From assembly GCA_963667175.2 (NCBI GenBank), contig CAXXXF010000018.1, positions 64,001-128,000 of the forward strand: a stretch of 64,000 bases of DNA, in the 5' to 3' direction. The translations under genes and the position numbers were made by a program. The notes under the pieces are model-generated. The model searched no databases, had not been told where the DNA came from, and saw only the letters and a program-made list of their open reading frames with translations. The stretch comes from Candidatus Latescibacterota bacterium. Lineage in GTDB: Bacteria > Latescibacterota > UBA2968 > GCA-2709665. Of this stretch, positions 47,554 through 57,859 are shown piece after piece (the first letter of the stretch is position 1; each line of letters begins with the position of its first letter).

Positions 47554-47922
47554 AAGAGTTCAAATTCAAAAATAACTACATGCCAAGTTATATCCGTTGG
47601 ACTCGGCCCAGGTCTTTTCTACGAAGCCAACCTCAATTCGAGTTCTGGCCTCGATCAGACCTCGATCGCGAATCCATTTCCTCCAATTGACCCTACTCGA
47701 CGTGGAACACCGGGGCGAGTCGCGACATGTCCGGACGCAGGGTTCTTGGGCTTCGGTTTCATGGATGCGAGCAGACAGGAATATCTGCTCCACCCTTACA
47801 ATCCATTGTAGGACGAAGCGCATGAGTCCATCAGCGACTTGCGACTAAAGGGCAGTCCTCGTCTTCACTTACCCAAGCGAGAATCGTCACTGGTCGGCGT
47901 GCCCCGTGAACGCAACTTGATC

Positions 47923-50900
47923 TCATTCACTCGACCCGACGGGTTCGAAGCGGACGGTATCGCCGACCACGTAGTCCACGATCTGGACCCAGGCGCCGGG
48001 CGCGAGGTTCCGTAGCCGGTCCCCGTCGCCCCGGTTGGGGTCGATCCGGACCGTCGTGCGGACCCTTCCCGGGGGCCACGAGCCGACGTTGGACGCGTTG
48101 GCGATGACGGCCCAGTCGTCGTTCGCGCCGGTTCGGATCCGCGTACCGTTGAGATTGCCCGACTTCGCCAGGACGTGAAATCCGAAGTCGATCTTTCCGC
48201 CTTTCGCGGCAACAACCGTTGCGCGTCCGAGGAGCGAAGTGACGTCCAGCGTGAGCCGAACGACCGGGTCACCGGCGGCCTGGATGGCCTCGACGCGGTA
48301 GCTGTGGGCGCGTTCATCGGGATTGACGGTCACGCGGTCTCCGGCGGCGACGCCCTCCAGGCCTTCCACGTCGATGGTGCACCCGTCGCGGTCGAGAGCG
48401 ACGATTCGGCCGGTCTGTTGCGCCCGATTGACGGCGAGCGACGTCTTGGCGTTACGAAACGAAGACGCGCCCACGGTTGAGATCTGTCCGTCGACTGCTA
48501 CCGCCAGGGCGCCTTCCAACCTGGCGCCGTCGTCAAAGGACGTGGCGTCGCCGGGACCTGACTCCGGCGCCCAGTAAAGGGCGATCTCCCTGCCCTGCAT
48601 TGTGGTCAGCCTGACGCCCGCGGCGGCGGAAGACGCCGCTGGAATGGCGATCGCTTCGGCAAGGGTCGGTTCGCCGATCCGGGGTTCGAATACGAGATCG
48701 ACGCAGGTGGCGTCGTCCTGCGGCGTCCGGCGCCAGAGGACCGGATGATACAGGTAGTTGGACGTTTCGGGCGTCCCCATCGCCTGGGCCGCGCGTGCGG
48801 AGAACAGACGGGTTCCGGGGGAGACGCGCAACTGATGCAGATCCAGGCGGGCCGCGGGCTCGACCAGCGATTGCCAGGTCCCGCTGAAGGCCGGCGGCGC
48901 ATGGCCGGTTGTCACGTCGTCCATGTACGCCAGAGCGGTATGGTCGGGGTGCGGCAGGTCGCCGGTCTCCCCGCGTTCGATATGAGGTCCGGCGACGGTT
49001 CCGGTTTGCGGCAGAAGTCCCGCGTTGTCCGATCGGAACGCGCCTTCGAGCCCCCGGCAGGTGCGCCAATGGTTCGTGCCTCCCGCGATCCTGGAAAGAT
49101 CGACGAGCGCGACGCCGTCGCCGTCGGTCGCCACGAGGGCGATGAGGCGGCGGAAGGCGACACCGAGCCTGCGCCATCCCCGCGACTCGTCGTGTGCCCA
49201 CCGATGCGCCTCGACGTCCAGCACCTGGACGCCGTCCGCAAAGAGGCTGCGCACCAGGCGCCCGCGGCCCGCGCTGACGGGTTCACCGGGAGGCAGGTCG
49301 GACCAGACCGTGTTGTGGGTAGCCCAGTGAGATTCCCATGGGGACATGCTCGCCCATGACTGGGGGTATCCCAGGTCGGTCAGAAACGGACGCTCGAATG
49401 CGAACAACTGGACGTCCAGAAGGTCCCGGTGCCGGTGGTGGAGCGTATCCCCGTACACGATACCGGCCGCGGCCCGTTCGGGGGCTTCGGGCGTGCGCAG
49501 GATCGCAATGCCAACGCCGTCGTGAACCGTGGGGCCGAGGGCGCGGCGCCGCCGGTCTTCAACGGCCGATTGAATTTCGCGCACCAGCGGATCATTCGTG
49601 AAGGCCGCGGCTCGACTGAGAAGACTCGGGTCCATCGGCGGATGAAACAGGTCGTTTTCCAACCGGATCGTGCCCTCGCCCTTGAAGCCCGCGGAACCGG
49701 GCGCGGACCCGTCGCCAAACTGGAAATAGGACTTGCCGCACATCGTGATTTCGTGCAGCGCCCGCGGCACGTGCGCGGCCCTCCGATCGTCGAAGAGCGA
49801 AGGGTAGTCGGACTCGGGGTAGGCCTCCGGCTGCCCTGCGCGCAGTTTTCGAAGGTGGTGTTCCAGATCGAACAATCCGTCGCTGTGGATGGCGTTATAG
49901 CCTCCGGTGGCCTCCTGGGGCGTGCCGTCCGGGAAGAAGTCGTTCGTGGTGAACACCCGCAGCGTGTCCGGCCCCTCGTCGTAGACCCATTCCATCACGT
50001 CCCGCGCGTCGGGGCGGTCCAGGCAGCGCAGGACAATGAGCGCCCCCTGGCTTTCTCTCGGAAGGTTGCTGGACGCGCCCCTGTCCAGCGTGACCTGGAG
50101 CAGAGCGGCCAGCATTTCTTCCGTCAGCTGGCAGACGTCGCCGGGGGCCTGCACGGAGAGGCCCATGCACTGCGCCCGATCGACGAGTTCGCGATCCTCC
50201 CTCATCAGCGGCCAGACCGTATCGTAGGCCAGCGCGAGGCATTCGGTCAGATACGGCGTATCGATGCTGTAACGGATGCTGCCCTTGGCCCGAAGCGCCT
50301 GGACCGGGTCCGACTCGTCCGCCCAGTCCGGCTGGCCCCAGTCCCAGGGTTCTTCCACGCCTTTCGACGGACCGTATCGGAACTGCGGTACGGAGGCCAG
50401 GTAGAGCTCTTCCTCCGCGTAGCGCAGCAGAAGCAGTCCGAGTTGTCTCGCGCGGGCTTCGTCGAACCCGCCCGCGCGAAGCGCGTTCGTCATCGCGGCG
50501 ATTCCCGAATTGAAGCTGCGGCATTGGTCCCGGTGATAGGTGGCGGCGAAGAGGTAGATGTGGCCTTCGGCGTCGAAATAACCGTACCCGTCATCGGGAT
50601 ATTCGCCCGATGTGTAGTCTTCGTCCGCCAGGTTGTTGCTCGGATAGACCGAGCCGCAGTTGGGACATACGGACTTGAAGTCGCACGGATGGTGGTTGCG
50701 CGCCCAGGGATAGAAACCGCTGTATTTGAAAATGGCTGTACCGCAGTTCGGGCAACCCTGGTGGCAGTTGGCGAAGTGGGCTTTAGGCAGTTCCGCGCCG
50801 GGAAGCTGCGCCCACAGAACCTGATCCGACTGTGAGGACCACCACGCGACGGTCTGCTCGTCAACACGGCCCGATACGGGTTCGTCCTGCAGGGTCTGCC

Positions 50901-51240
50901 GGGTCTTTGTCGGCCGGTAATTCTTCTCCAGAGGCCAGCGGCGGGGCCACCACGCGCCGTTGTAGCTGTGCGGCCGGCGCAGTTGGTCCAGCGTACGGAC
51001 GCGGATGGTCGTTTCCGCGGACCTGCCGCCGCGCGTTGCGCGGATCGCATAATCGCCGGCCTGGCCTGGAGACCGAAGATAGTGGTAGACGGCGCCGTCC
51101 CGATCGGACCACCTCGCGGCGATCGTCTCGAAATGATCCGCCGAGAGTGTGACGTTTTCGTCCTGCGCCTGAACGGGCAGGCGGAAGCTGCGTCCGGGCA
51201 GAATGACCCTGGGACGCCAGGGGATTGCGGGATCCGGCAT
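47923..51240 (-). CDS. Large heparinase II/III-like protein with CxxC pairs
   Basis: CPNC twice, DDGYGY, PQEATGGYN, QFGD, HHRHRDLL.VQLFA...DLGYP, WATHNTV. Confidence 0.65.
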   Translation of the reverse strand: MPDPAIPWRPRVILPGRSFRLPVQAQDENVTLSADHFETIAARWSDRDGAVYHYLRSPGQAGDYAIRATRGGRSAETTIRVRTLDQLRRPHSYNGAWWPRRWPLEKNYRPTKTRQTLQDEPVSGRVDEQTVAWWSSQSDQVLWAQLPGAELPKAHFANCHQGCPNCGTAIFKYSGFYPWARNHHPCDFKSVCPNCGSVYPSNNLADEDYTSGEYPDDGYGYFDAEGHIYLFAATYHRDQCRSFNSGIAAMTNALRAGGFDEARARQLGLLLLRYAEEELYLASVPQFRYGPSKGVEEPWDWGQPDWADESDPVQALRAKGSIRYSIDTPYLTECLALAYDTVWPLMREDRELVDRAQCMGLSVQAPGDVCQLTEEMLAALLQVTLDRGASSNLPRESQGALIVLRCLDRPDARDVMEWVYDEGPDTLRVFTTNDFFPDGTPQEATGGYNAIHSDGLFDLEHHLRKLRAGQPEAYPESDYPSLFDDRRAAHVPRALHEITMCGKSYFQFGDGSAPGSAGFKGEGTIRLENDLFHPPMDPSLLSRAAAFTNDPLVREIQSAVEDRRRRALGPTVHDGVGIAILRTPEAPERAAAGIVYGDTLHHRHRDLLDVQLFAFERPFLTDLGYPQSWASMSPWESHWATHNTVWSDLPPGEPVSAGRGRLVRSLFADGVQVLDVEAHRWAHDESRGWRRLGVAFRRLIALVATDGDGVALVDLSRIAGGTNHWRTCRGLEGAFRSDNAGLLPQTGTVAGPHIERGETGDLPHPDHTALAYMDDVTTGHAPPAFSGTWQSLVEPAARLDLHQLRVSPGTRLFSARAAQAMGTPETSNYLYHPVLWRRTPQDDATCVDLVFEPRIGEPTLAEAIAIPAASSAAAGVRLTTMQGREIALYWAPESGPGDATSFDDGARLEGALAVAVDGQISTVGASSFRNAKTSLAVNRAQQTGRIVALDRDGCTIDVEGLEGVAAGDRVTVNPDERAHSYRVEAIQAAGDPVVRLTLDVTSLLGRATVVAAKGGKIDFGFHVLAKSGNLNGTRIRTGANDDWAVIANASNVGSWPPGRVRTTVRIDPNRGDGDRLRNLAPGAWVQIVDYVVGDTVRFEPVGSSE

Positions 51241-51301
51241 GGCGACCTTCCTCGGTAAAGGGGATACTGACGTTTGGGTTCGCTCGACTCCGGGCTCGAG
51301 T

Positions 51302-52138
51302 TCACACCGCCATTTTGGCCTTGACAGCCGCGTGGCAGCGGTAGTTGATTAGTCTGAAGTCGTCGTAGACGAAGTCGTCGATCGTGTTCTGGCCGCGGTC
51401 CTCGATGTGCAGGCGCGGGAGCGGATACGGGTCGCGCGACAGTTGTTCCCGGACCGCGTCCAGGTGGTTCAGATAGACGTGGGCATCGGCCAGCGTGTGG
51501 ATGAATTCGCCGGGTTCGAGACCGGTGATTCTGGCAACCATGTGCAGCAGGAGTGAATAGGAGGCGATATTGAGCGGCACCCCCAGAAACATGTCGCAGG
51601 ACCTCTGGTACATCAACATGGAAAGTCTGCCTTCCGCAACGTAGAACTGGAAGAAGGAGTGGCAGGGAGGAAGGGCGACGTCGACGGGCGCGACTTCGGC
51701 GGCATTCCATGCGTTTACGATCATGCGCCTTGAATCGGGGTTGTCGCGGATCAGGTCGATGGCTTCCCGCAGCTGGTCCACGGTCCGTTCCGCCCCGCGC
51801 CATTTCCGCCACTGGACGCCGTAGATGCGTCCCATCGAGCCGTTGTTTTCGCGCAGGCCGAGTCTCCGGAGATAGTCCTGATAGTTGCCGTCCCAGAGTC
51901 TGTTGTAGGGATAGATCTTCTTGAGGTCGTTGATATTGTCGGATCCCGAAATGAACCAGAGAAGCTCGGAGAGCATCGATTTCCACACGAGCTTTTTCGT
52001 GGTGACGGCGGGGAATCCGTCTTTCATATCGTACCGCGCGTGCAGGCCGAAACAGGAGATCGTGCCAACGCCGGTCCGGTCTTCTTTCGTGACGCCGTGT
52101 TCCAGGATATATTTCAGCTGATCGAGGTATCGTATCAT
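51302..52138 (-). CDS. thyA: Thymidylate synthase
   Basis: DRTGVGT, ELLWF, GRIYGVQWR, SRR, ALPPCH, YQRSCDMFLGVPLN, HVYLNH, C-terminal MAV. Confidence 0.97.
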   Translation of the reverse strand: MIRYLDQLKYILEHGVTKEDRTGVGTISCFGLHARYDMKDGFPAVTTKKLVWKSMLSELLWFISGSDNINDLKKIYPYNRLWDGNYQDYLRRLGLRENNGSMGRIYGVQWRKWRGAERTVDQLREAIDLIRDNPDSRRMIVNAWNAAEVAPVDVALPPCHSFFQFYVAEGRLSMLMYQRSCDMFLGVPLNIASYSLLLHMVARITGLEPGEFIHTLADAHVYLNHLDAVREQLSRDPYPLPRLHIEDRGQNTIDDFVYDDFRLINYRCHAAVKAKMAV

Positions 52139-52183
52139 CGTATACCTGTACGGATGAGCCTTCGGCACCTATCGTTCAGTAAA

Positions 52184-52220
52184 GAGCCGTGAGCCGTGAG
52201 ACGTTAGACGTGAGAAACGT
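52184..52220 (+). repeat. Short 7-mer tandem tract
   Basis: GAGCCGT GAGCCGT GAGACGT TAGACGT GAGAAACGT in the folA-thyA gap. Confidence 0.7.
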
Positions 52221-52300
52221 CCTTGCCCGTTTGGCTCTTCCTCAATGCCTCCGGCACGAAATGAAACCGCACGGCGCAAACAATTTCTCCCGTCCCCCGT

Positions 52301-52777
52301 CTACCCTCTTTTGTCTACCCGCCTTTCGTAGACGAACAGGGTGATTTCATCGAGTTCTTCTTTTTTCGTGAGTCGCCACTCGCTCTCGTCAAACTCGGGG
52401 AAGAAGGCGTCGCCGTCGTAGTCGCCCCTGATCCGGGAGAGAACCATCCTGTTCGCGACGGGGATGGACTGCCGGTAAATCTCGGCGCCGCCCGCGCTGA
52501 AAACGGGTTTCCCGTAGGAACCGGCTCTTTCAAGCGCCGCTTCGAACGTGCGGCAGACGTCCACGCCCGGGGTTTTCGGGAACGTGCGGCTGACGATAAC
52601 GTGGGGGCGTTTCGGAAGGGGTCTGCAGCCGATGGACTCGAAGGTCTTGCGCCCCATGATCAGAACGCCCCCGGTGGTGATTTTCCTGAAATGCCGGAGG
52701 TCCTCGGAAACGTGCCAGGGCATGGCATTGTCTTTGCCGATCACCCGGTTGTCCGCCATGGCGGCGATGACGGTCAT
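52301..52777 (-). CDS. folA: Dihydrofolate reductase
   Basis: VIGKDNAMPW...EDLRHF, IMGRKTFESI, RPLPKR, GGAEIY, GDAFFP. Confidence 0.97.
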   Translation of the reverse strand: MTVIAAMADNRVIGKDNAMPWHVSEDLRHFRKITTGGVLIMGRKTFESIGCRPLPKRPHVIVSRTFPKTPGVDVCRTFEAALERAGSYGKPVFSAGGAEIYRQSIPVANRMVLSRIRGDYDGDAFFPEFDESEWRLTKKEELDEITLFVYERRVDKRG

Positions 52778-54117
52778 GGCCCCCCCGGCGCGGTGATATC
52801 CAGCAGTTGCGGGACCGCCGTGGATCGACCGACGAGATCGTGATCGAGCGCATCCGTGATTTCCACGTCTGTGAATTCGCCGATCCGCGCTTCACCGGAA
52901 ATAAAGACCTCGCCATCGATCTCGGGAGCGTCCATGCGCGTACGGCCGACATAGTCATAGGCCGGATCGTCAGAGTGCCGGTCTATCAGTACGCGGTGCG
53001 TGCGACCCACGCATTCGGCGGTGATCTGCGAGGAGATGACGGCCTGGAGGCTGAGGATGCGGTCCAGTCGTTCCCGTTTTTCGTCTTCCGGCACGTCGTC
53101 CTCGAGCCGCCCGGCCCGGGTGCCTTCCTCGTGCGAGTAGAGGAAGCCGACCAGTCGGTTGAAACGGATTTCCTCGACGAATTCCAGGAGTTCCCGGACG
53201 TGTTCCTCTCTCTCGCCGGGGAAACCGGCGATGACGGAGGAACGGAGGGTCAGGTCGGGCACCCGGTCTCGCAGTTTTCGAATCAACGCGCGGGTGTTCT
53301 TCACGGTCGCGCCGCGATTCATCGCCTTGAGCATGGCATCGGAGGCGTGCTGGATGGGCATGTCCACGTACGCGCACAGCTTTTCCTCTTGCGCCAGGAC
53401 GTCGATCAGGTCGTCGCGCCAGCCGGTGGGGTACGTGTAGAGCAGGCGGATCCATTCGAGGCCGTCGACGCGGACGAGTTCGCGCAAGAGGTCCATCAGG
53501 CGCGGGCTGCCATAGAGGTCCGCGCCGTATCGCATGGTATCCTGGGCGATCAGCGCGATTTCCTTCACGCCGCCTGCGGCCATACGCCAGGCTTCGGCCA
53601 CCAGAACCTCGATGGATTCGCTGCGGTTCACGCCACGTATGCCGGGGATGGCGCAGAAGGCGCAGGTCCGGTCGCAGCCGTCCGAAACACGCAGATAGGC
53701 CCAGTGATTGGGCGTGAGAAGATGCCTGGCGCCCTCATCGCGGTAGACCCTGGGACGCGAGATGCCCAGCAGGCGGTCGCAATGGGAGACGATCTCGCGT
53801 TCGCCGGCCAGACCGACGACCACGTCGGCCTCGGGGATTTCCGCTTCGAGTTCGTGCCGGTAGCGTTCAGCCAGACACCCTGTGAGTATCAGACCCTTGC
53901 AATTGCCGGTTTCCTTGTAGTCGGCGGCTTCGAGGGCCGTAGCGATGGATTCGTCTTTGGCCGGCTCGATGAAGCCGCACGTGTTCACAACGATGACGTC
54001 CGCGTTGTGGGGATCCTCGGCCACCACGTAGTCGTTGGATTCCAGTAGCCGGTGCATTCGTTCCGAGTCGACGGTATTCTTCGGGCATCCAAGCGTAATG
54101 AGATTTACAGACGGCAT
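52774..54117 (-). CDS. rimO: Ribosomal protein S12 methylthiotransferase
   Basis: LGCPKN.VDSE, NTCGFI, GCLAERY, CDRTCAFC radical-SAM motif, TRAM-domain DAPEIDG. Confidence 0.96.
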   Translation of the reverse strand: MPSVNLITLGCPKNTVDSERMHRLLESNDYVVAEDPHNADVIVVNTCGFIEPAKDESIATALEAADYKETGNCKGLILTGCLAERYRHELEAEIPEADVVVGLAGEREIVSHCDRLLGISRPRVYRDEGARHLLTPNHWAYLRVSDGCDRTCAFCAIPGIRGVNRSESIEVLVAEAWRMAAGGVKEIALIAQDTMRYGADLYGSPRLMDLLRELVRVDGLEWIRLLYTYPTGWRDDLIDVLAQEEKLCAYVDMPIQHASDAMLKAMNRGATVKNTRALIRKLRDRVPDLTLRSSVIAGFPGEREEHVRELLEFVEEIRFNRLVGFLYSHEEGTRAGRLEDDVPEDEKRERLDRILSLQAVISSQITAECVGRTHRVLIDRHSDDPAYDYVGRTRMDAPEIDGEVFISGEARIGEFTDVEITDALDHDLVGRSTAVPQLLDITAPGGP

Positions 54118-54308
54118 TTGGACGACTCCGGCACAGCGGGTGACAAACGGATTCCATCGCTTCCGTCCGAGTTGGCCACGAAGCTTAAAGAAAAAATCGT
54201 CGATGCGCCGAATTTTGTCAAGCGGAAGATGGGTACATAACCGCGAAACGCGTATGAAAACTCAGATGCTTCGACGTCGCTGAAGGAGGTCCGATTTCGG
54301 GTTCTTTC

Positions 54309-54336
54309 TTGACAAGTGACGCCTTATGGATATATT
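54309..54336 (+). promoter_or_regulatory. sigma70 promoter for rpmB
   Basis: TTGACA-16bp-TATATT. Confidence 0.65.
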
Positions 54337-54472
54337 TAACCGGAAAAATGCGGTGCGTCGCTGAACGGTCGCGCACAATTGGGAAGCGTTTCCGCCCGCC
54401 AAAGCGGGGCGGTCTTTTCATTTTAAAGATAATTCGACCGGTTCAATTTTGGGTCTCACGGAGGCAACGATT

Positions 54473-54664
54473 ATGGCAGCCAGATGTGACATTTGCGGGA
54501 AGGGGCCGATGGTCGGCAATCACGTCAGCCACGCCAACAACAGAAAGAAACGGCGGTTCAATCCGAACCTGAGACGGGTGCGCGCGCAGGTGGACGGGAC
54601 CACAAGAAGAATCAAGGTCTGTACGAAGTGCATAAAGCTCGGCCGCGTGAACAAAGCCGCATAG
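54473..54664 (+). CDS. rpmB: 50S ribosomal protein L28 (Zn-binding C+ form)
   Basis: [30 protein letters not shown]...VCTKCIK. GGAGG RBS. Confidence 0.97.
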   Translation: MAARCDICGKGPMVGNHVSHANNRKKRRFNPNLRRVRAQVDGTTRRIKVCTKCIKLGRVNKAA

Positions 54665-54744
54665 GGTCCGGACGCGGCCATCAGATGTCCCCTGTCGGAT
54701 CCCCGCAGGAGGTTCGGGTCAAACCGTCAGAGGATTCCAGTCCG

Positions 54745-54780
54745 AAAAAACTCACCTTTTGTTTCCAGGTGGGTTTTTTT
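54745..54780 (+). terminator. Rho-independent terminator after rpmB
   Basis: AAAAAACTCACCT-N9-AGGTGGGTTTTTTT. Confidence 0.75.
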
Positions 54781-54885
54781 ATGTTATCGAACCGACACGT
54801 GATGGGGCAAGGGAGACGACGCAGGATGACCCTGAAGGCTGAGATTGAAATCATACCCGACGTCAATAACGGGAACGCGGTCTGA

Positions 54886-57024
54886 ATGGACTACTCTCGG
54901 GGTAAACGCTTCCTGAATACGCTGCAGGACTGGGAGCGGGACGGGACGGCGGCGGGCACGCCGGACCATTACCTGCCGCGGATGCGGGCCCTTTTGCGTG
55001 GGATGGGGAATCCACAGAAGGACTTCGCGTCGGTCATTGTCGGCGGGACAAACGGCAAGGGAACGGTGGCCGGCGTTCTGGCCGCCCTGCTGCAGGCATG
55101 CGGCCGCCATACCGGTATCTACACGTCGCCGCACCTGCACACCATCCGCGAACGCATCCGGACCGACGGCAGTATCCTGGAAAAGGATGACTGGGCAAAG
55201 GGGATCGCAGACCTCTACGACCGGACGCGCGGATTCGAAGCAGAGGGGTACGGTTCATTCACCAGGTTCGAGGCGTTGACGGCGCTGGCGGCGTCCATTT
55301 TCGCACGGGCCCGAGTCGAATTCGGTGTGTTCGAGGTGGGGCTGGGCGGCCGATATGACGCAACCAATGCGTGGGATGCCGGTGTGGCGGTGCTCACGTC
55401 GATCGATCTGGACCACACCGAAGTGCTGGGCGATACGGTGGAGGAGATCGCGCTCGACAAGCTCGAAATCTCCCGTCCCGGGAGGCCGCTCTTCACCTCC
55501 GCCGCGCAGAAGCCCGAAGTGCTCTCGCTGTTGCGGAGGGAGTGTCGTAAACGGGGCGTGGATCTTCGGGTTGTGTGCGACGGGACGGGCGGAGGCTGGG
55601 CGGACATATCGGAGACATTGGCGCTTGCGAAGATGCCCGAACGGGGATCCGTATTCCGGAACAACGCCCGGCTGGCGCTTGCCGTCGGGCGCTATCTGTT
55701 GGGAGATGAACTTACGAAACCCCGTATCGGGGAAGCCCTGAGCGGACTCGAGTTACCGGGCAGATTCGAGGTGGCGCAACAGTCGCCCCGGGTCGTTCTG
55801 GACGGCGCTCACAACCCGGCGGGGGCCACGGCCCTTGCCCACGACCTCGGCAGAATATCGAAGCGGTGGACGTTTGTGGTTGGCGTGAACGCGGGCCACG
55901 ACGCCGGAGGGATACTCGAGGCGATTCGGCCGCTGGCGAAAACGGTGATTCTGACGCGGTCCGATCACCCGAAGGCGCTGCCCGTCGACGTGTTGCGGCG
56001 AAGCCTGCCCGCGGGCGTTTCCGCGTGCTGCGCGCCGGACGTGGTTGAGGCGCTCGGACGCGCGGGGTTGCGGGAAGGGGATCCCGTCTGTATCATGGGA
56101 TCGTTGCATCTGATTGGAAAAGCGCGGGAATCGCTCGGGCTTCCCTGCGAGCGGGACGGATTCGGGGAAGATCTTCACCGGGAGAGTCTGACGTGCCTCG
56201 CGAACGCCTGCGGCAACCTGGGCCTCCGGCTGGAACGGGCTTCCGAAGACGGAAATCTGGTCTGCATCCGGCCGCCGGGCGGCGGGCCCGTCTATTTTCT
56301 GCGCAACAGGCACCCGTTCAACGACTACGTGGCGGCCCGTCTGGCGGAAGACAAGGCATATCAATACGAACTGTTCACGCGGGCCGGCCTTCCGGTTCCC
56401 GTTACGATCGTGGCATTCAATCCGTTCGCGGACGAACGGTTTTCGCGTTACCGGACCCATGCGTCCGTCGATGCCGTCGTCGAGGACGTTGAACGCCGGC
56501 TTTCCTATCCGGTGGTCGTCAAACGAAACCTCGGGTCGTTGGCGCAGGGGGTATTCTTGGAGCGAGACCGGCGCGCACTGAAGAATCGCCTGCAGACGTT
56601 GTTCGAAAACAGCGGATTTCTGGATAATCTGGTCCTGGTCCAGGCCTATACCGCCGGTCCCGAGTATCGGATCCTCGCCGCCAGGGATGAAGTGCTGCTG
56701 GCTTACGAGAAAGCCGGCGGTTCTCCGGACGGCGACCTGAACCCGCTTCACGGGGCAACGGGGTCTGCGAAGCGTGTGGAGGCGCCGGAACTGGTCGAAG
56801 GGCTGTCGGAACTGGCGACGGCCGTCTCGGGAGTGATCGGTCTGGGGTTCTACGCGATCGACGTCATTCAGTCGGCGGCGGGATTCCAGGTGATCGAAAT
56901 CAACCCGAACCCGATGTGTTATTTTTACAACCTGCACAACGGCCGGGCGGATTTCGTGGACATCTACGAAAGGCTCCTCGGCAGGCATCTTCAGGGATTG
57001 AACCCGCCGGCCGCGCAGGAATAG
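54886..57024 (+). CDS. folC: FolC (dihydrofolate/folylpolyglutamate synthase) fused to a C-terminal RimK-like ATP-grasp domain
   Basis: GTNGKGT, YTSPHL, EVGLGGRYDATN, DLDH, PGRFE, DGAHNP, GSLHL; then EDKAYQY...GLPVP, YPVVVK..GS.AQGV, LVQAY, EYRI, AIDVI, VIEINPNP. Confidence 0.88.
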   Translation: MDYSRGKRFLNTLQDWERDGTAAGTPDHYLPRMRALLRGMGNPQKDFASVIVGGTNGKGTVAGVLAALLQACGRHTGIYTSPHLHTIRERIRTDGSILEKDDWAKGIADLYDRTRGFEAEGYGSFTRFEALTALAASIFARARVEFGVFEVGLGGRYDATNAWDAGVAVLTSIDLDHTEVLGDTVEEIALDKLEISRPGRPLFTSAAQKPEVLSLLRRECRKRGVDLRVVCDGTGGGWADISETLALAKMPERGSVFRNNARLALAVGRYLLGDELTKPRIGEALSGLELPGRFEVAQQSPRVVLDGAHNPAGATALAHDLGRISKRWTFVVGVNAGHDAGGILEAIRPLAKTVILTRSDHPKALPVDVLRRSLPAGVSACCAPDVVEALGRAGLREGDPVCIMGSLHLIGKARESLGLPCERDGFGEDLHRESLTCLANACGNLGLRLERASEDGNLVCIRPPGGGPVYFLRNRHPFNDYVAARLAEDKAYQYELFTRAGLPVPVTIVAFNPFADERFSRYRTHASVDAVVEDVERRLSYPVVVKRNLGSLAQGVFLERDRRALKNRLQTLFENSGFLDNLVLVQAYTAGPEYRILAARDEVLLAYEKAGGSPDGDLNPLHGATGSAKRVEAPELVEGLSELATAVSGVIGLGFYAIDVIQSAAGFQVIEINPNPMCYFYNLHNGRADFVDIYERLLGRHLQGLNPPAAQE

Positions 57025-57078
57025 GAATCGGCGGGATTCAGGATCAGGTGCGGACCGAATACCCGGAAAGGAAACGTC

Positions 57079-57816
57079 ATGCCGCTGACTGGCGCCCAGC
57101 TCGAACAGTACCGCGCCGATGGCTTTGCCGTGGGCGGCCGGATTCTCAGTGACGACGAACTCGCAAGGCTGCGGACAGTACTGGAATCCATCATCGAGAA
57201 TCTGCCCGGTGATCGAAGGCCCGAGAACATGCCGTCGCTCCACTACGAAAACGGGTACCTTCGCGATCTGTTCCTGGACGATCGTCTCATCGACGTGGCG
57301 GCGCAGATCGTGGGCCCGGACGTCGCGCTGTTCACGTCCTACGTGATCAGCAAACGCCCGGACGACGGCCTGGCGGTAGACTGGCATCAGGATGCCGCGT
57401 TTTTTCCCATCGAGCCGATGGATACGTTCACGCTCTGGCTGGCGGTGGACGATTCCGACGTTGAGAATGGCTGCATGCGGGTGCTTCCCGGCACCCACCG
57501 GCAGCAGGCCGTTCTGCTGCACAAGGTGGATCTCGACTCCGGCACCACACTCCCGATGTCACTGGAAAATCTCGACCATTCAGGGGCCACGGACGTGGAG
57601 CTGCGGGCCGGTGAGTATTCCGTTCACGATCCCTGGATCCTGCATGGGTCCAATCCCAACACGTCGTCCAGGCGGCGCTGCGGGATCACCTTGAAATACA
57701 TCTCCACGCGCGCCGAAATCGACCGCACGTTCCGTTCTCCCTCCGGCTTCGACTGGGACGGGCTCCGTCTCTACCTGGCGCGGGGGAATCCGGGCCGCCA
57801 CAGCTACGCCAACTGA
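57079..57816 (+). CDS. Phytanoyl-CoA dioxygenase (PhyH) family protein
   Basis: WHQD, ENGCMRVLPGTH, HGSNPNTSSRRR. Confidence 0.92.
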   Translation: MPLTGAQLEQYRADGFAVGGRILSDDELARLRTVLESIIENLPGDRRPENMPSLHYENGYLRDLFLDDRLIDVAAQIVGPDVALFTSYVISKRPDDGLAVDWHQDAAFFPIEPMDTFTLWLAVDDSDVENGCMRVLPGTHRQQAVLLHKVDLDSGTTLPMSLENLDHSGATDVELRAGEYSVHDPWILHGSNPNTSSRRRCGITLKYISTRAEIDRTFRSPSGFDWDGLRLYLARGNPGRHSYAN

Positions 57817-57859
57817 TCTCCAGTGTCCGTGCGGAAACCCGGATCGAATTGAACCGGAT

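Noticed and set aside
47566-47860. Short ORFs and a REP-like GTAG fragment
   Set aside because: No RBS or motif for the ORFs, and only a single degenerate REP-like copy with no RAYT gene.
54886-57024. Cyanophycin synthetase
   Set aside because: The domain order is reversed, the N-half has FolC-specific motifs (YTSPHL, GGRYDATN, DGAHN), and no cphB is nearby.
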